A stretch of DNA of 64,000 nucleotides, taken from positions 1,119 to 65,118 of the forward strand of contig MGHI01000039.1 of NCBI GenBank assembly GCA_001793155.1, in the 5' to 3' direction. The notes beneath the pieces are model-generated. The model ran no database searches. It saw nothing but the letters and a program-made list of their open reading frames with translations, and was not told the origin of the DNA. Shown here one piece after another: positions 1 through 9,619 of the stretch (position 1 is its first letter; each line of letters starts with the position of its first letter). A program made the position numbers and the translations under genes. The stretch comes from Candidatus Woesebacteria bacterium RIFCSPLOWO2_01_FULL_39_61 (GTDB lineage: Bacteria; Patescibacteriota; Microgenomatia; UBA8517).

Positions 1-22
1 GAGAGCACGAGTAAAAATTATA

Positions 23-553
23 ATGACAGAAGTAGAAAATCAATTCGAAAAAATAAATTCAGTAAAAGTAATTATTGAGAACAAGGAGGGAAAGATTTTG
101 CTTATTCAGGAATCCGCCGATGATGCTTGGATGCCTTTGCATTGGGGGCTTCCCGGCGGACGTCCGCAGGTTAAGGAATCTCTTTACAATACCTTGAAAA
201 GAAAAGTTCAGGAAGAGGTAGGGATAGAAATAGAACCCCTGGGATTTTATAAAATTGAAGAAGTACTGCACGATGATAAGACGGTAATGATGTATATAGC
301 AATAGCCCGTATGATTTTTGGACAGGAGGTAAAGGGTAAAATTAATGCTTATAAATGGGTAGGGATAGAGGATGTCGAGAATATGTACACTTCGGAGTTT
401 ACTGCCTTTTATGCAAAGAAACTTATTCTGGATTACCTTTCCGGTAACCGTGAATTTTTACCTTTCGATATCGTCGAAACTCAGCAGTATTACGATTTAG
501 ATCAAGATCCCGAATTTCAAAAGTGGTTGGAATCTGGAAAGAAGAAAAGTTAA
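23..553 (+). CDS. NUDIX hydrolase
   Basis: ORF of 176 aa with a visible Nudix box (GLPGGRPQVKESLYNTLKRKVQEEVGIE); ATG start. Confidence 0.8.
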   Translation: MTEVENQFEKINSVKVIIENKEGKILLIQESADDAWMPLHWGLPGGRPQVKESLYNTLKRKVQEEVGIEIEPLGFYKIEEVLHDDKTVMMYIAIARMIFGQEVKGKINAYKWVGIEDVENMYTSEFTAFYAKKLILDYLSGNREFLPFDIVETQQYYDLDQDPEFQKWLESGKKKS

Positions 554-590
554 TTAAGTGATTAATAGATTAAATTATTAAGTTCTGTTG

Positions 591-830
591 ATGGAAAATT
601 TTGATATTCAGGAACAACTTAAGTTAATACAGCTGTTCGGACATTTTGGTCTCTGGGGATATGTTTTAATAATCTTGGGCACAATTCTCTTGGCGATTTA
701 CAAAAAAAGAAAGGGAGGAAATTACAAACTGGTAATTATTCTTGGGGTAGGTTTGTTTTTCTTATATGGATTAATTTCAGGTTTTGTCGCAGTTTACTTA
801 ATCAGTCCGATTTATAACTTGGGGAATTAG
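591..830 (+). CDS. small membrane protein (2 predicted TM), unknown function
   Basis: ORF track 588..830 trimmed to the ATG; hydrophobic segments. Confidence 0.4.
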   Translation: MENFDIQEQLKLIQLFGHFGLWGYVLIILGTILLAIYKKRKGGNYKLVIILGVGLFFLYGLISGFVAVYLISPIYNLGN

Positions 831-912
831 AATTTTCTACCCAAAACTGATAGGCGAAATGCAAAGTTCAAAATTACAACCAAAAATTGTAAGGTGGATC
901 TGATGAAAATTT

Positions 913-1215
913 ATGAATAAGCTGATTTTACTGTTACTAGCTTTAGTTCTAACATTAATACCTTTAGAAATTTTCTATCAATTAGTATCGACTAAGCCGA
1001 TTTTACCCTTTTTCCAGATTATTACACTTTTTCTATTTGGAGTAATTACTTTTTTAGCGGTGTATGTTTTTTTAAATAAGATTTCAAACTACGTCCAGCT
1101 AAAAAAAGACACTCTAATTGTAAAGTTACTTAAGACAGTCTTTATTATTTTTGGCGTGCTTGTACTTTATTTTATGTTTGTTGGATTTCTAGGAGTTATG
1201 CTCCCAGCAGGTTGA
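913..1215 (+). CDS. small polytopic membrane protein, unknown function
   Basis: 100-aa ORF, strongly hydrophobic. Confidence 0.4.
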   Translation: MNKLILLLLALVLTLIPLEIFYQLVSTKPILPFFQIITLFLFGVITFLAVYVFLNKISNYVQLKKDTLIVKLLKTVFIIFGVLVLYFMFVGFLGVMLPAG

Positions 1216-1237
1216 TATGAAATAATCATTTTTAGTA

Positions 1238-1385
1238 ATGTTAAATCCGAAAGCAAAATTATCAGAAAAGATATTTTCGAAAGATATTGAGCAAATTCCC
1301 ACCAGAATTGGTTATAGAGAGGGGTTGGTGGAGGCTGGGAAGAAAGATGAGCGAGTTGTTGTACTCTCCGCAAATTTGATAAATT
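1238..1385 (+). pseudogene. diverged duplicate of the first ~45 codons of the transketolase C-subunit gene
   Basis: Translation MLNPKAKLSEKIFSKDIEQIPTRIGYREGLVEAGKKDERVVVLSANL aligns with the start of the 2521 ORF (MLNLQAKLSSKVFKEDIEQVPTRNGYGEGLIDAGEKDERVVVLSADL). The frame then runs into the DUF3800 ORF. The same TAATGTTAAAT junction occurs at both copies. Confidence 0.6.
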
Positions 1386-2015
1386 ATGACCGTTGCTTAT
1401 ATCGATGAGTCTGGGAACTTAGCTGACAAAAACCCATTTTTTATCGTTGCTATAGTTCCGATTGAAGATGAAAGACTTCCAAATCGAATTATTAAGAGAG
1501 TCCGTAGAATTTTGGGGAGGAGAAAAGGTAAAGTTGGTAAGGAATTAAAATTTACTAGTAGCTCTTCTAGATTAAGAGAATACTTAGTAAAACGCTTAGA
1601 ATCGGAGAATCTGTATTGTTATGTTTTTGTGGTAGATAAAATTGAGAGAAAAATTTCAGATACACCCGAAAATTATGGAGCAGTTCTGAATTGGGTCCTC
1701 AAGGAAGGATTTTCAGTGCATAATTGGGATAAAGTTGTAATAGATAGAAAATTTGATAAAGAACGGGATCAAAAAGAACTAGTTGAAATTCTAGCGAAAG
1801 AAAACATTCGTATTACTAAGGTAAAGTTTGCAGATAGTGTTTCGGAAGATGGTATAAAATTGGCAGATTTTGTAGCGGGTTTTTATGGACAGTTTTACAA
1901 TAAGAAAGCACCTTTACCTAAGCCGTTAAGGAGTATAGTAAGCGAAGAAAGGTTATCCTGGGCTTTAATAAAGCAAAAAGCAGTGGCACCCAAGGGATCC
2001 GACGGTCCCGATTAA
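1386..2015 (+). CDS. DUF3800-like protein
   Basis: N-terminal motif AYIDESG characteristic of DUF3800; 209 aa; the stop codon sits in the loop of a GC hairpin. Confidence 0.5.
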   Translation: MTVAYIDESGNLADKNPFFIVAIVPIEDERLPNRIIKRVRRILGRRKGKVGKELKFTSSSSRLREYLVKRLESENLYCYVFVVDKIERKISDTPENYGAVLNWVLKEGFSVHNWDKVVIDRKFDKERDQKELVEILAKENIRITKVKFADSVSEDGIKLADFVAGFYGQFYNKKAPLPKPLRSIVSEERLSWALIKQKAVAPKGSDGPD

Positions 2016-2254
2016 ATCGGGACTCCGGTTGGTCCTTCATTCCGAAGGACCGATCACACTTGGACTTACGCCAACTGCTTTTCGCAAAATTATAATAGCA
2101 AATTTTGACTAAAAATGCAACCTAAAGTAGAACAAAGTTCATTTCTGATTAGCCACGTACCGAACTTTGTTCTGGTACTGTGGTAAAGTTTAAAATTACT
2201 AGTAACTGTTCAGATTTACTGACACGAATTACTAATTAAAGTTGTATATAAAGT

Positions 2255-2521
2255 ATGTATACGATTCTAACTTACGGTTACGGTAAAGAACCAACATTTG
2301 TCGAGTACGCGTTTAAATATTTCTCCAAAAGAGGTACTTGGATTATTCCTCTAGGTATTTTTTTAGCCTTGTTGGGAGTCGCTGTTTATCGGATTCTTAA
2401 AAAAAAGAAAATTTCGCAATTGTCGAAACTTTTGCTGTTCTTGACTTTTTTTGTAACGGTCGCATGGCCTTTCTATGTATTAGGAAGTTATAACGAACCT
2501 AAGTTTAATTTGCTGGACTAA
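2255..2521 (+). CDS. small membrane protein; stop overlaps the tkt start (TAATG)
   Basis: 88-aa ORF with two hydrophobic helices; translationally coupled to the 2521 ORF. Confidence 0.45.
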   Translation: MYTILTYGYGKEPTFVEYAFKYFSKRGTWIIPLGIFLALLGVAVYRILKKKKISQLSKLLLFLTFFVTVAWPFYVLGSYNEPKFNLLD

Positions 2522-3516
2522 TGTTAAATTTACAAGCTAAATTATCAAGCAAAGTTTTTAAAGAAGATATTGAACAAGTTCCGACCAGAAATGGGTATGG
2601 CGAGGGACTAATCGATGCGGGGGAGAAAGACGAAAGGGTAGTTGTTTTGTCAGCTGATTTGAAAGAATCGACAAGATCGCAGATGTTTGAGGATGCGTTT
2701 CCTGAAAGGTTTATCGAGGTCGGAGTTGCCGAGCAGGGAATGGCGACAATTGCGGCAGGAATGGCAAACTACGGGAAGATTCCTTTCATTGCATCCTACG
2801 CTACTTTTTCTCCCGGACGTAATTGGGAACAGATAAGAACGACAATTGCTCTGAATAATGTACCTGTCAAAATTGCTGGTCACCATGCAGGGATTTCGGT
2901 CGGACCTGACGGGGCAACACACCAAGCACTTGAGGATATTGCACTGATGCGGGTTATGCCGAATATGATTGTGATTGCGCCTTGTGATGCAATTGAGGCG
3001 AAAAAGGCTACCTATGAAGCTGCTTTTAACGCTAAGCCTACCTACATGCGATTCGCCAGAGAAAAAACACCGGTTTTTACGACCGAGGATACTCCATTCA
3101 AAATCGGCCGAGCTGAAATTTTTTGGGAGTCTAAGAATCCCGAGGTTGCAATTATCGGCTACGGTCCACTGGTTTACGAGGTATTAATTGCAGCCAGAGA
3201 GCTTGCAAGGACGGACCTTGAAAGCATGGTTATTAATTGTCATACGATTAAACCCATCGATGAAGATACAATTATTTCTGCTGCTAGAAAATGTGGCGCG
3301 GTCGTAACAGTTGAGGAGCATCAAATTACAGGCGGATTGGGGGGGGCCGTTGCTGAAGTTTTAGCGAAAAATTATCCGGTTCCGATGGAATTTATAGGTA
3401 TGCCAAACCACTTCGGCGAGTCGGGTAGTCCTGATGAGCTATTAGAAAAATGGGGAATGAAAGCAAAAAACATCGTCGAAGCGGTTAAAAAGGTCATCAA
3501 AAGGAAAACTTCTTAA
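2521..3516 (+). CDS. transketolase, C-terminal subunit (pyrimidine-binding plus C-terminal domains)
   Basis: 331 aa; split-transketolase C-subunit pattern (GIAEQGM-like region, C-terminal domain); no N-subunit gene adjacent. Confidence 0.85.
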   Translation: MLNLQAKLSSKVFKEDIEQVPTRNGYGEGLIDAGEKDERVVVLSADLKESTRSQMFEDAFPERFIEVGVAEQGMATIAAGMANYGKIPFIASYATFSPGRNWEQIRTTIALNNVPVKIAGHHAGISVGPDGATHQALEDIALMRVMPNMIVIAPCDAIEAKKATYEAAFNAKPTYMRFAREKTPVFTTEDTPFKIGRAEIFWESKNPEVAIIGYGPLVYEVLIAARELARTDLESMVINCHTIKPIDEDTIISAARKCGAVVTVEEHQITGGLGGAVAEVLAKNYPVPMEFIGMPNHFGESGSPDELLEKWGMKAKNIVEAVKKVIKRKTS

Positions 3517-3973
3517 CACACTTCCCACCTGCGTCAGGAAAGTTTCCGTCTGATTTACAAGTATATCCTTCGGGGCAGGCAATTCCTGCAATTCCACCGC
3601 AGAATGCTCCTTCATCCGGATTTTGGGCACCTGAATTTGAAAGACAACTGGTAAGTTCTTCTGTTTGGCTCCAGCCACATTTTCCGTTGACTTGTCTTTC
3701 ACAAACTGCATTTTTATAACAAGCCGACTTGGGATCGAAAATACATATAGACACGCGTTCTTCTTGGGATGAATCAGAGCATAATTCACTGTTACAACCT
3801 CCAATAGTACATTTCCCGTCTCTATTGGTCTGTTTCATATTGCCAGTTTGATATGCAATAAATGCCGAAGTGCCAAATAAAAAGAACATTAAAACCAGGG
3901 TTAGAAATATCGGAAAAAACTTGGATGAATATAATGATGCTTTATTGAAACTTTTGTTGGTGTTATTAGTCAT
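3497..3973 (-). CDS. N-terminally anchored or secreted cysteine-rich protein (16 Cys), unknown function
   Basis: Signal/TM segment followed by a Cys-rich domain (CTIGGCNSELC...CGGIAGIACPEGYTCK); its 3' end overlaps the tkt stop convergently by 20 nt. Confidence 0.45.
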   Translation of the reverse strand: MTNNTNKSFNKASLYSSKFFPIFLTLVLMFFLFGTSAFIAYQTGNMKQTNRDGKCTIGGCNSELCSDSSQEERVSICIFDPKSACYKNAVCERQVNGKCGWSQTEELTSCLSNSGAQNPDEGAFCGGIAGIACPEGYTCKSDGNFPDAGGKCVKKFSF

Positions 3974-3983
3974 TTATCTTATC

Positions 3984-5180
3984 TTAATACATAAGTAAAT
4001 ATCTGATAATAAGGAAAGAATTAATCATAAAAAGGAAAAATATGCTCGTAAGTATAAATGCTAGGTTCACTTGTTTCATTAGTTTCTCGATAAAGTAGGC
4101 GAGACCAAAGGTAATTATTGGGTAAGTCGTTATCAGCATCCGAATACTATATGATCCTCCCTGATAATAGTCTCGCCACGAAGCGATTAGATAAAGTTGT
4201 ATTAAAAAATAGAAAATCCCCATAAAACTTATCAATTTTTGCTTTTTCCAAAATAAAAATAATCCAAATAGACCCAGAGCAATCGTAGGAGTTAGTATAA
4301 AAAGCCCGTTCTGGATGTTAAAAAGTACATAACTTATATGGGGTGAAAGAAATGTGAACCCATAACCCCAACCGTAAGGCGGAAAATAAAAGTCAAAAAA
4401 TATTTTCCAAAGATAGATTTGAGGAAGAAAGCCGAGGAGGATACCAGTAACAAGTAACAAGTAACAAGTAACAAGAATTTTTAGATGCTTTCTGAACTTA
4501 AAAAATATCGCGATAGCGGGAATTGTAAAAATAATAATATCCTGCGTTCTTATAGTTCCAGCAAGTCCCGAAAGAATCCCAAGTATAAAAACGTCGCCGA
4601 GCGTGAGGTTTTCTAGTTTAGTTGACAAATAATAGACCACAAGTGAAGAGATAAAAAAAGACACAGCGTGGGAATTTATTGGTTCGACGGCGATATAGAA
4701 TAGGAGATTTGTGGTTGCAAAGAGAATAAATGCTGCAAATAAGCTGCTTTGGTTTTTAAAATATTTTTTCAAAGTATGGTAGACAAAAAATAGACCTAGC
4801 ACACCGAGAATGATGTTTATTAACCCGACGGCAAATTGATAAGTGAGCTCCAGTCCTGTTCTTTGCAAAGTTATCAATCTAACGAGGTTATCGGTTAGCA
4901 AATACGGAAAATACCATAAAATGGCAGACCCTGGAGCAAAGGTGTTTATCGCCAGACCTCGCGAGTTAACTGATGGTTTTATACCCAAAAGTTCGAAATC
5001 GTTTACTAAATTTATATCGCGATCAAAAACCCAGGATCTTACGTAGGCATAATAAAATTTACCGTCGCCAAAAACTGCGTTTTTGGTAAAGATGGTATGA
5101 CCAATAAAGATTACTATCGAAAAAATAAATATATATGTAAAAAATTTTATTGTGGCAATTTGCTTAATAGCTTTTTCCAT
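3984..5180 (-). CDS. polytopic membrane protein, possible GT-C-fold glycosyltransferase (ArnT/PMT-like)
   Basis: 398 aa with about 11-12 hydrophobic helices; contains the in-frame (GTAACAA)x4 tract. Confidence 0.4.
   Translation of the reverse strand: MEKAIKQIATIKFFTYIFIFSIVIFIGHTIFTKNAVFGDGKFYYAYVRSWVFDRDINLVNDFELLGIKPSVNSRGLAINTFAPGSAILWYFPYLLTDNLVRLITLQRTGLELTYQFAVGLINIILGVLGLFFVYHTLKKYFKNQSSLFAAFILFATTNLLFYIAVEPINSHAVSFFISSLVVYYLSTKLENLTLGDVFILGILSGLAGTIRTQDIIIFTIPAIAIFFKFRKHLKILVTCYLLLVTGILLGFLPQIYLWKIFFDFYFPPYGWGYGFTFLSPHISYVLFNIQNGLFILTPTIALGLFGLFLFWKKQKLISFMGIFYFLIQLYLIASWRDYYQGGSYSIRMLITTYPIITFGLAYFIEKLMKQVNLAFILTSIFFLFMINSFLIIRYLLMY
4447..4475. repeat. heptanucleotide tandem tract (GTAACAA)x4 inside a CDS
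   Basis: Direct reading: gtaacaagtaacaagtaacaagtaacaag. Confidence 0.8.
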
Positions 5181-5300
5181 TTTTTAAAAAGATTTTTCTA
5201 AGAATTCTTTTTCCCAATATAAGCATATAAGTTTGTATTTAACAACTTAAGGGGTGTTGTCCTTTAAGACTAAGCGTGTTAAATTGGAATTTAGTTAATT

Positions 5301-6323
5301 ATGAACAAAGGGGTTTTAGAATCCACCGCGGAATTGCTCGTTAGTCCTGGAAAGGGGATTTTAGCAACAGATGCAACCGAAGGGACGATGGATAAAAGGA
5401 TGCAGGCTGTAGAAGTTGCCCCATCTCCAGAGCTTCGAAGGAAATTTAGAGAACTTCTTTTAACAACAAAAGACGCTTCCGAATTTATTAGCGGGGTGAT
5501 TTTAAATGACGAAATTATCAGACAAAAGACCTCTGGCGGCATTGATTTTGCAAAGTTGGTTGAAAATCAAGGGATGATTCCGGGAATTAAGGTTGACAAA
5601 AAGGCGAATGATATGGCCAATTTTCCTGGAGAAAAGATTGCAGAGGGACTCGATGGGCTGCGCGATAGATTTATCGAGTATAAAAATATGGGAGCGAGAT
5701 TTGCTAAATGGCGAGCAGTAATAACCATCGGTGAAGGGATACCGACAGATGTCTGTATTGAATCAAACGCTGAAAGTTTGGCGCGTTATGCAGCTTTAGC
5801 ACAAGAGGCAGATATCGTACCGATTGTTGAGCCCGAAGTTTTAATGGAAGGGAATCATGGGATCGGCCGATGCGAAGAAGTAACAAAGAAAGTGCTTAAA
5901 AGTGTTTTTAAGAAGCTTACGGACCACAGAATAGTCCTGGCTGGTATGCTTCTTAAACCTAACGTTGTTCATCCCGGAAAAGATAGTCAGGAAAAGGCGG
6001 ATAACGAAGTTGTGGCCGAAAAAACATTGAAAGTCTTGCACGAAACCGTACCCGAAGAAGTTCCAGGAATTCTGTTTCTTTCCGGAGGAGATTCCGCGCC
6101 GGAAATGACCCAACACCTTGATCTTATGAACGAAAAAGGATCCCATCCTTGGGAACTCGCATTTTCATTTGAACGCGCACTGGAGGGACCATCGCTTGAG
6201 ATTTGGAAAGGGAATGATGCCAATTGGGAAGCTGCGCAGAAAGAATTTTACAAAAGAGCAAGGTTAAATTCTTTAGCTCGGACGGGAGCTTATACAAAGG
6301 AGATGGAGGCTGAAAATGGATGA
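5301..6323 (+). CDS. fructose-bisphosphate aldolase, class I (eukaryotic type)
   Basis: Strong collinear match to muscle-type aldolase (GILATDAT.GT..KR, IVPIVEPEV, LLKPNVV). Confidence 0.9.
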   Translation: MNKGVLESTAELLVSPGKGILATDATEGTMDKRMQAVEVAPSPELRRKFRELLLTTKDASEFISGVILNDEIIRQKTSGGIDFAKLVENQGMIPGIKVDKKANDMANFPGEKIAEGLDGLRDRFIEYKNMGARFAKWRAVITIGEGIPTDVCIESNAESLARYAALAQEADIVPIVEPEVLMEGNHGIGRCEEVTKKVLKSVFKKLTDHRIVLAGMLLKPNVVHPGKDSQEKADNEVVAEKTLKVLHETVPEEVPGILFLSGGDSAPEMTQHLDLMNEKGSHPWELAFSFERALEGPSLEIWKGNDANWEAAQKEFYKRARLNSLARTGAYTKEMEAENG

Positions 6324-7314
6324 TAATTTAGAGTTACTCTCAATAGGTGACGTTTCCTGGGATGTATTTTTAACCCCGACAGAATCCGAGTCACTTTGTA
6401 CACTGGACAATAAAGAGTGCCTCATTTGTTTTTCGTATGGGGAAAAAATTCCTGTCAAGAATCTTGAATATTCTCTCGGAGGCAATGCCGCAAATAATTC
6501 AGTCGGGTCAAAAAGACTCGGTATAAAAGTAGGGCTTGTAACCACCTTGGGAGGGGATAGTACCGGGAATCAAATTGTGGAGAAGTTTGAAAAGGAGGGG
6601 GTAGATATGAGCTTTGTTATTCAGCAACCGACAGCAGGCACAAACTACTCGACAGTCATCAACTATCAAGGAGAACGAACTATTTTCACCTATCACGCCC
6701 CCCGTTCCTACGAATTTCCGGTTCAATTACCGGTTACGGATTGGGTGTATCTAACCTCAATGGGGGAGAGTTTTCAGCCTTTTTATAATCATTTTGTTGA
6801 TTTTTTGCGGAAGAATACCGGTATAAAACTGGCTTTTAATCCGGGGAGTTGGCAGATGCGGGCTGGTATTGATTCTTTAAAACCGATATTAGAAATGACG
6901 CATATGATTTATGTTAATCGAGAGGAAACGGAAAAGCTTACCGGAATGGAAGACTCTCACAATAAGGAGAAAGAACTGGTTAGCCGACTTCTAGCACTAG
7001 GCCCTAAAATCTGTGTTGTTACCGACGGATCAAGCGGGGCATTTTTATATGACGGTAAAGAGTTTTTGCACGCCGGAGTTTTACCGGTTGACGCCTATGA
7101 AAGAACGGGGGCAGGAGATGCTTTCGGAGTAGGGTGTATTTCCGCACTAATCAAAGGTAAAAGTTACGAAGAAGCACTTTTGTGGGGTACTGTAAATTCT
7201 GCTTCGGTTATCGGCTATACCGGGTCCCAGAGAGGACTTTTGCAGGAATCCGAGATGCCTGAATGGATAGAACGTGCAAAATCAAGCGGTGTGAAGGTGG
7301 ATAAAATATACTGA
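6316..7314 (+). CDS. PfkB-family carbohydrate kinase
   Basis: GGNAANN N-terminal motif and the GAGDAF anion-hole motif. Confidence 0.75.
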   Translation: MDDNLELLSIGDVSWDVFLTPTESESLCTLDNKECLICFSYGEKIPVKNLEYSLGGNAANNSVGSKRLGIKVGLVTTLGGDSTGNQIVEKFEKEGVDMSFVIQQPTAGTNYSTVINYQGERTIFTYHAPRSYEFPVQLPVTDWVYLTSMGESFQPFYNHFVDFLRKNTGIKLAFNPGSWQMRAGIDSLKPILEMTHMIYVNREETEKLTGMEDSHNKEKELVSRLLALGPKICVVTDGSSGAFLYDGKEFLHAGVLPVDAYERTGAGDAFGVGCISALIKGKSYEEALLWGTVNSASVIGYTGSQRGLLQESEMPEWIERAKSSGVKVDKIY

Positions 7315-7358
7315 TCTAGAAATTTTACTGCCAATAATGTAGCTTAAATTAAGGAACA

Positions 7359-8345
7359 ATGAAAATATTTGTAACCAGGGAAATTCCGGGTACGGCACTG
7401 GATAAACTGAGGTCTTCGGGAAACGAAGTTAATGTATTTGATAACGACAGGCCAATGACTCCCGAGGAACTTTTGGAAAAAGCTTCGGGAATGGATGCAA
7501 TTTTGACTCTTCTTACGGATAAAATTGACGGAAAAGTTATCGATGCTATCGGTTCCCAACTGAAAGTTATTTCAAATTATGCTGTCGGTTTTGACAATAT
7601 TAAGGTTGAAGATGCCACAGAAAGAGGAGTCGTGGTTGCTAATACCCCAAGTGATGAAGTTAATGAAGCCGTGGCTGAACATTCGTGGGCGCTGATGTTA
7701 GCACTAGCCAGGCGAATTGTCGAGGCAGACGAGGCAACACGAAGAGGAGCTTACAAAGGTTGGGAGCCGGGAATATTTTTAGGAATAAATATGGTGGGGA
7801 AAACCCTGGGAATAATAGGCCTTGGGAATATCGGTTTAATGACCGCCAGGCGTGCTAAAGGGTGGAATATGAGAGTTTTATATAACAAGCGCTCACGCGA
7901 TGAAAAAGCGGAAAAAGAGTTAGGAGTTGAGTTTGCCAATTTAGACCGCCTTTACGCCGAGAGCGACTTCATTTCTTTGCATGTTCCCTTAACGGACGAG
8001 ACGCACCACATGATCAACAAGGACGCTTTTGCCAAGATGAAAAAGGGGGTAATTCTGGTTAATACCGCCAGAGGCCCTATTGTTAACGAAGCGGAGCTAG
8101 TCGAAGCGCTTCGGGACGGAAAATTACGAGGAGCGGGTTTGGATGTCTACGACAATGAACCGAACATTAATCCCGAGCTAGTTGCAATGGAGAATGTTGT
8201 TACCACCCCCCACATTGCCAGTGCTACCTGGGAGGCAAGAGAAAAAATGGGACAGCAGGCGGTTGACGCTATTTTAAAAACTTTTGCAGGCGAAAAACCC
8301 GAAAATATCGTTAACGGCGAAGTTTGGGATAAACGGATTAAATAG
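7359..8345 (+). CDS. D-isomer-specific 2-hydroxyacid dehydrogenase (glycerate dehydrogenase / hydroxypyruvate reductase-like)
   Basis: GLGNIG NAD-binding loop and a catalytic R/E/H arrangement typical of the family. Confidence 0.8.
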   Translation: MKIFVTREIPGTALDKLRSSGNEVNVFDNDRPMTPEELLEKASGMDAILTLLTDKIDGKVIDAIGSQLKVISNYAVGFDNIKVEDATERGVVVANTPSDEVNEAVAEHSWALMLALARRIVEADEATRRGAYKGWEPGIFLGINMVGKTLGIIGLGNIGLMTARRAKGWNMRVLYNKRSRDEKAEKELGVEFANLDRLYAESDFISLHVPLTDETHHMINKDAFAKMKKGVILVNTARGPIVNEAELVEALRDGKLRGAGLDVYDNEPNINPELVAMENVVTTPHIASATWEAREKMGQQAVDAILKTFAGEKPENIVNGEVWDKRIK

Positions 8346-8542
8346 TAATTATAGAACAAAATTACACCTCATTATAATTTAGAGATATTTTAATTGTAGA
8401 CCCCATTTATTAACACAGTCCGGAGCACCAATTTGCGTCTAAAAAATCTATCCGCAGCTTTGAAAGTCTTCTTTGAGGCGCTATCTTTATAGAGATCATT
8501 TAGAGAATATAAATTAAATCGTGATTGGTATAAAATTCAACC

Positions 8543-9619
8543 ATGGCACTTTTTAGTAAGAAAAATAAAGAAGATGAATATGAGGATGAAGAGGAGTTGG
8601 TCCCAAGGAGAAAATCTTTGAGAAACAGGGATTTTAAAGATTTAAAACCCGAAAACCGCAAGAAGAGAAAAGAACCTCCGAAACCGTGGGGAAAAACCGA
8701 AAGATTATTGGTGCTACTAGTTTTAATATTAACAGCCGGAACGTCTTCCTTTTTAGCCTTGCAAAGTAGGGGCTGGAAGCTGCCGGGACTTCCCAGGCTT
8801 AAGATTCCATCCATATCTATTCCCTTTTTAGGAGAAAAAACAATTATTATCGAGGGTGACAAAAAAAATCAGGGGATGAAAGAAAAAGCAACCGTTGCCT
8901 TTAAAAGTATGACAAAGGAACTTTCGGGAGTATATGGCCTTTACGTATTGAGGTTAGACGATGGATCAAATTATGGTGTTAACGAAAATGAGATTTTCCA
9001 AGCAGCCTCGCTTATCAAACTACCGGTAATATTTGCCATGTATAAGGAGGCGGAAGGAGGAAATATAGACCTGGATAACAAATACCGATTGAAAAGAACC
9101 GATAAGGTAGCGGGTTCGGGGAGCTTATATCAAAAATCCGAAGGGTATCTTATCACCTATAGAGAAATGGTGAGGCTAATGGGTAAACAGTCCGATAACA
9201 CAGCCTTTAATATTCTGGTAAAGCTTTTAGGTAAGGACAAAATTGAAAGTGTAATCAAAGAACTGGGAATGATCCAGACATCCTTAGATAAAAACGAGAC
9301 AACTCCGGAAGATGTTGGTATCTTTTTTGACAGACTCTATAACGGAAATCTGATTTCAGACGCTTCTACAAATGAAATCTTAGAAGATTTAACGGATACA
9401 ATATATGAGGATTGGCTTGTGGCGGGAATCCCAGGGGTGATCAGAGTTGCACACAAATACGGTCGTGAACTTCATATTGTTAATGACGCCGGAATTATTT
9501 TAAGCGATAAGCCATTTGTATTAGTAATTATGAGTAAGGGGATTGTTGAAAAAGAAGCAGATGAAATTTTCCCAGTAATTACACGAGCTGTTTACGAAAT
9601 TGAGACCGGCGGATTTTAA
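8543..9619 (+). CDS. membrane-anchored class A beta-lactamase/PBP-like serine hydrolase
   Basis: Charged N-terminus plus TM; SxxK (ASLIK), SDN (QSDNT) and KYG motifs. Confidence 0.55.
   Translation: MALFSKKNKEDEYEDEEELVPRRKSLRNRDFKDLKPENRKKRKEPPKPWGKTERLLVLLVLILTAGTSSFLALQSRGWKLPGLPRLKIPSISIPFLGEKTIIIEGDKKNQGMKEKATVAFKSMTKELSGVYGLYVLRLDDGSNYGVNENEIFQAASLIKLPVIFAMYKEAEGGNIDLDNKYRLKRTDKVAGSGSLYQKSEGYLITYREMVRLMGKQSDNTAFNILVKLLGKDKIESVIKELGMIQTSLDKNETTPEDVGIFFDRLYNGNLISDASTNEILEDLTDTIYEDWLVAGIPGVIRVAHKYGRELHIVNDAGIILSDKPFVLVIMSKGIVEKEADEIFPVITRAVYEIETGGF

Larger units (their letters stand above)
1238..2520 (+). mobile_element. putative insertion island (DUF3800 gene plus small membrane gene) between duplicated transketolase 5' ends
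   Basis: Flanked by the diverged gene-start duplicate (1238..1385) and the intact gene start at 2521. Tandem GC hairpins at 2005..2051. No recombinase seen inside. Confidence 0.35.

Noticed and set aside
2650-2925. Antisense ORFs inside well-supported genes: 2650..2925(-), 5841..6146(-), 5987..6223(-), 14174..14518(+), 35082..35337(-), 55814..56503(-), 53565..53884(-)
   Set aside because: They lie wholly inside longer ORFs with clear family motifs on the other strand. Their composition is W/C/R-rich and shadow-like, and they have no start context.
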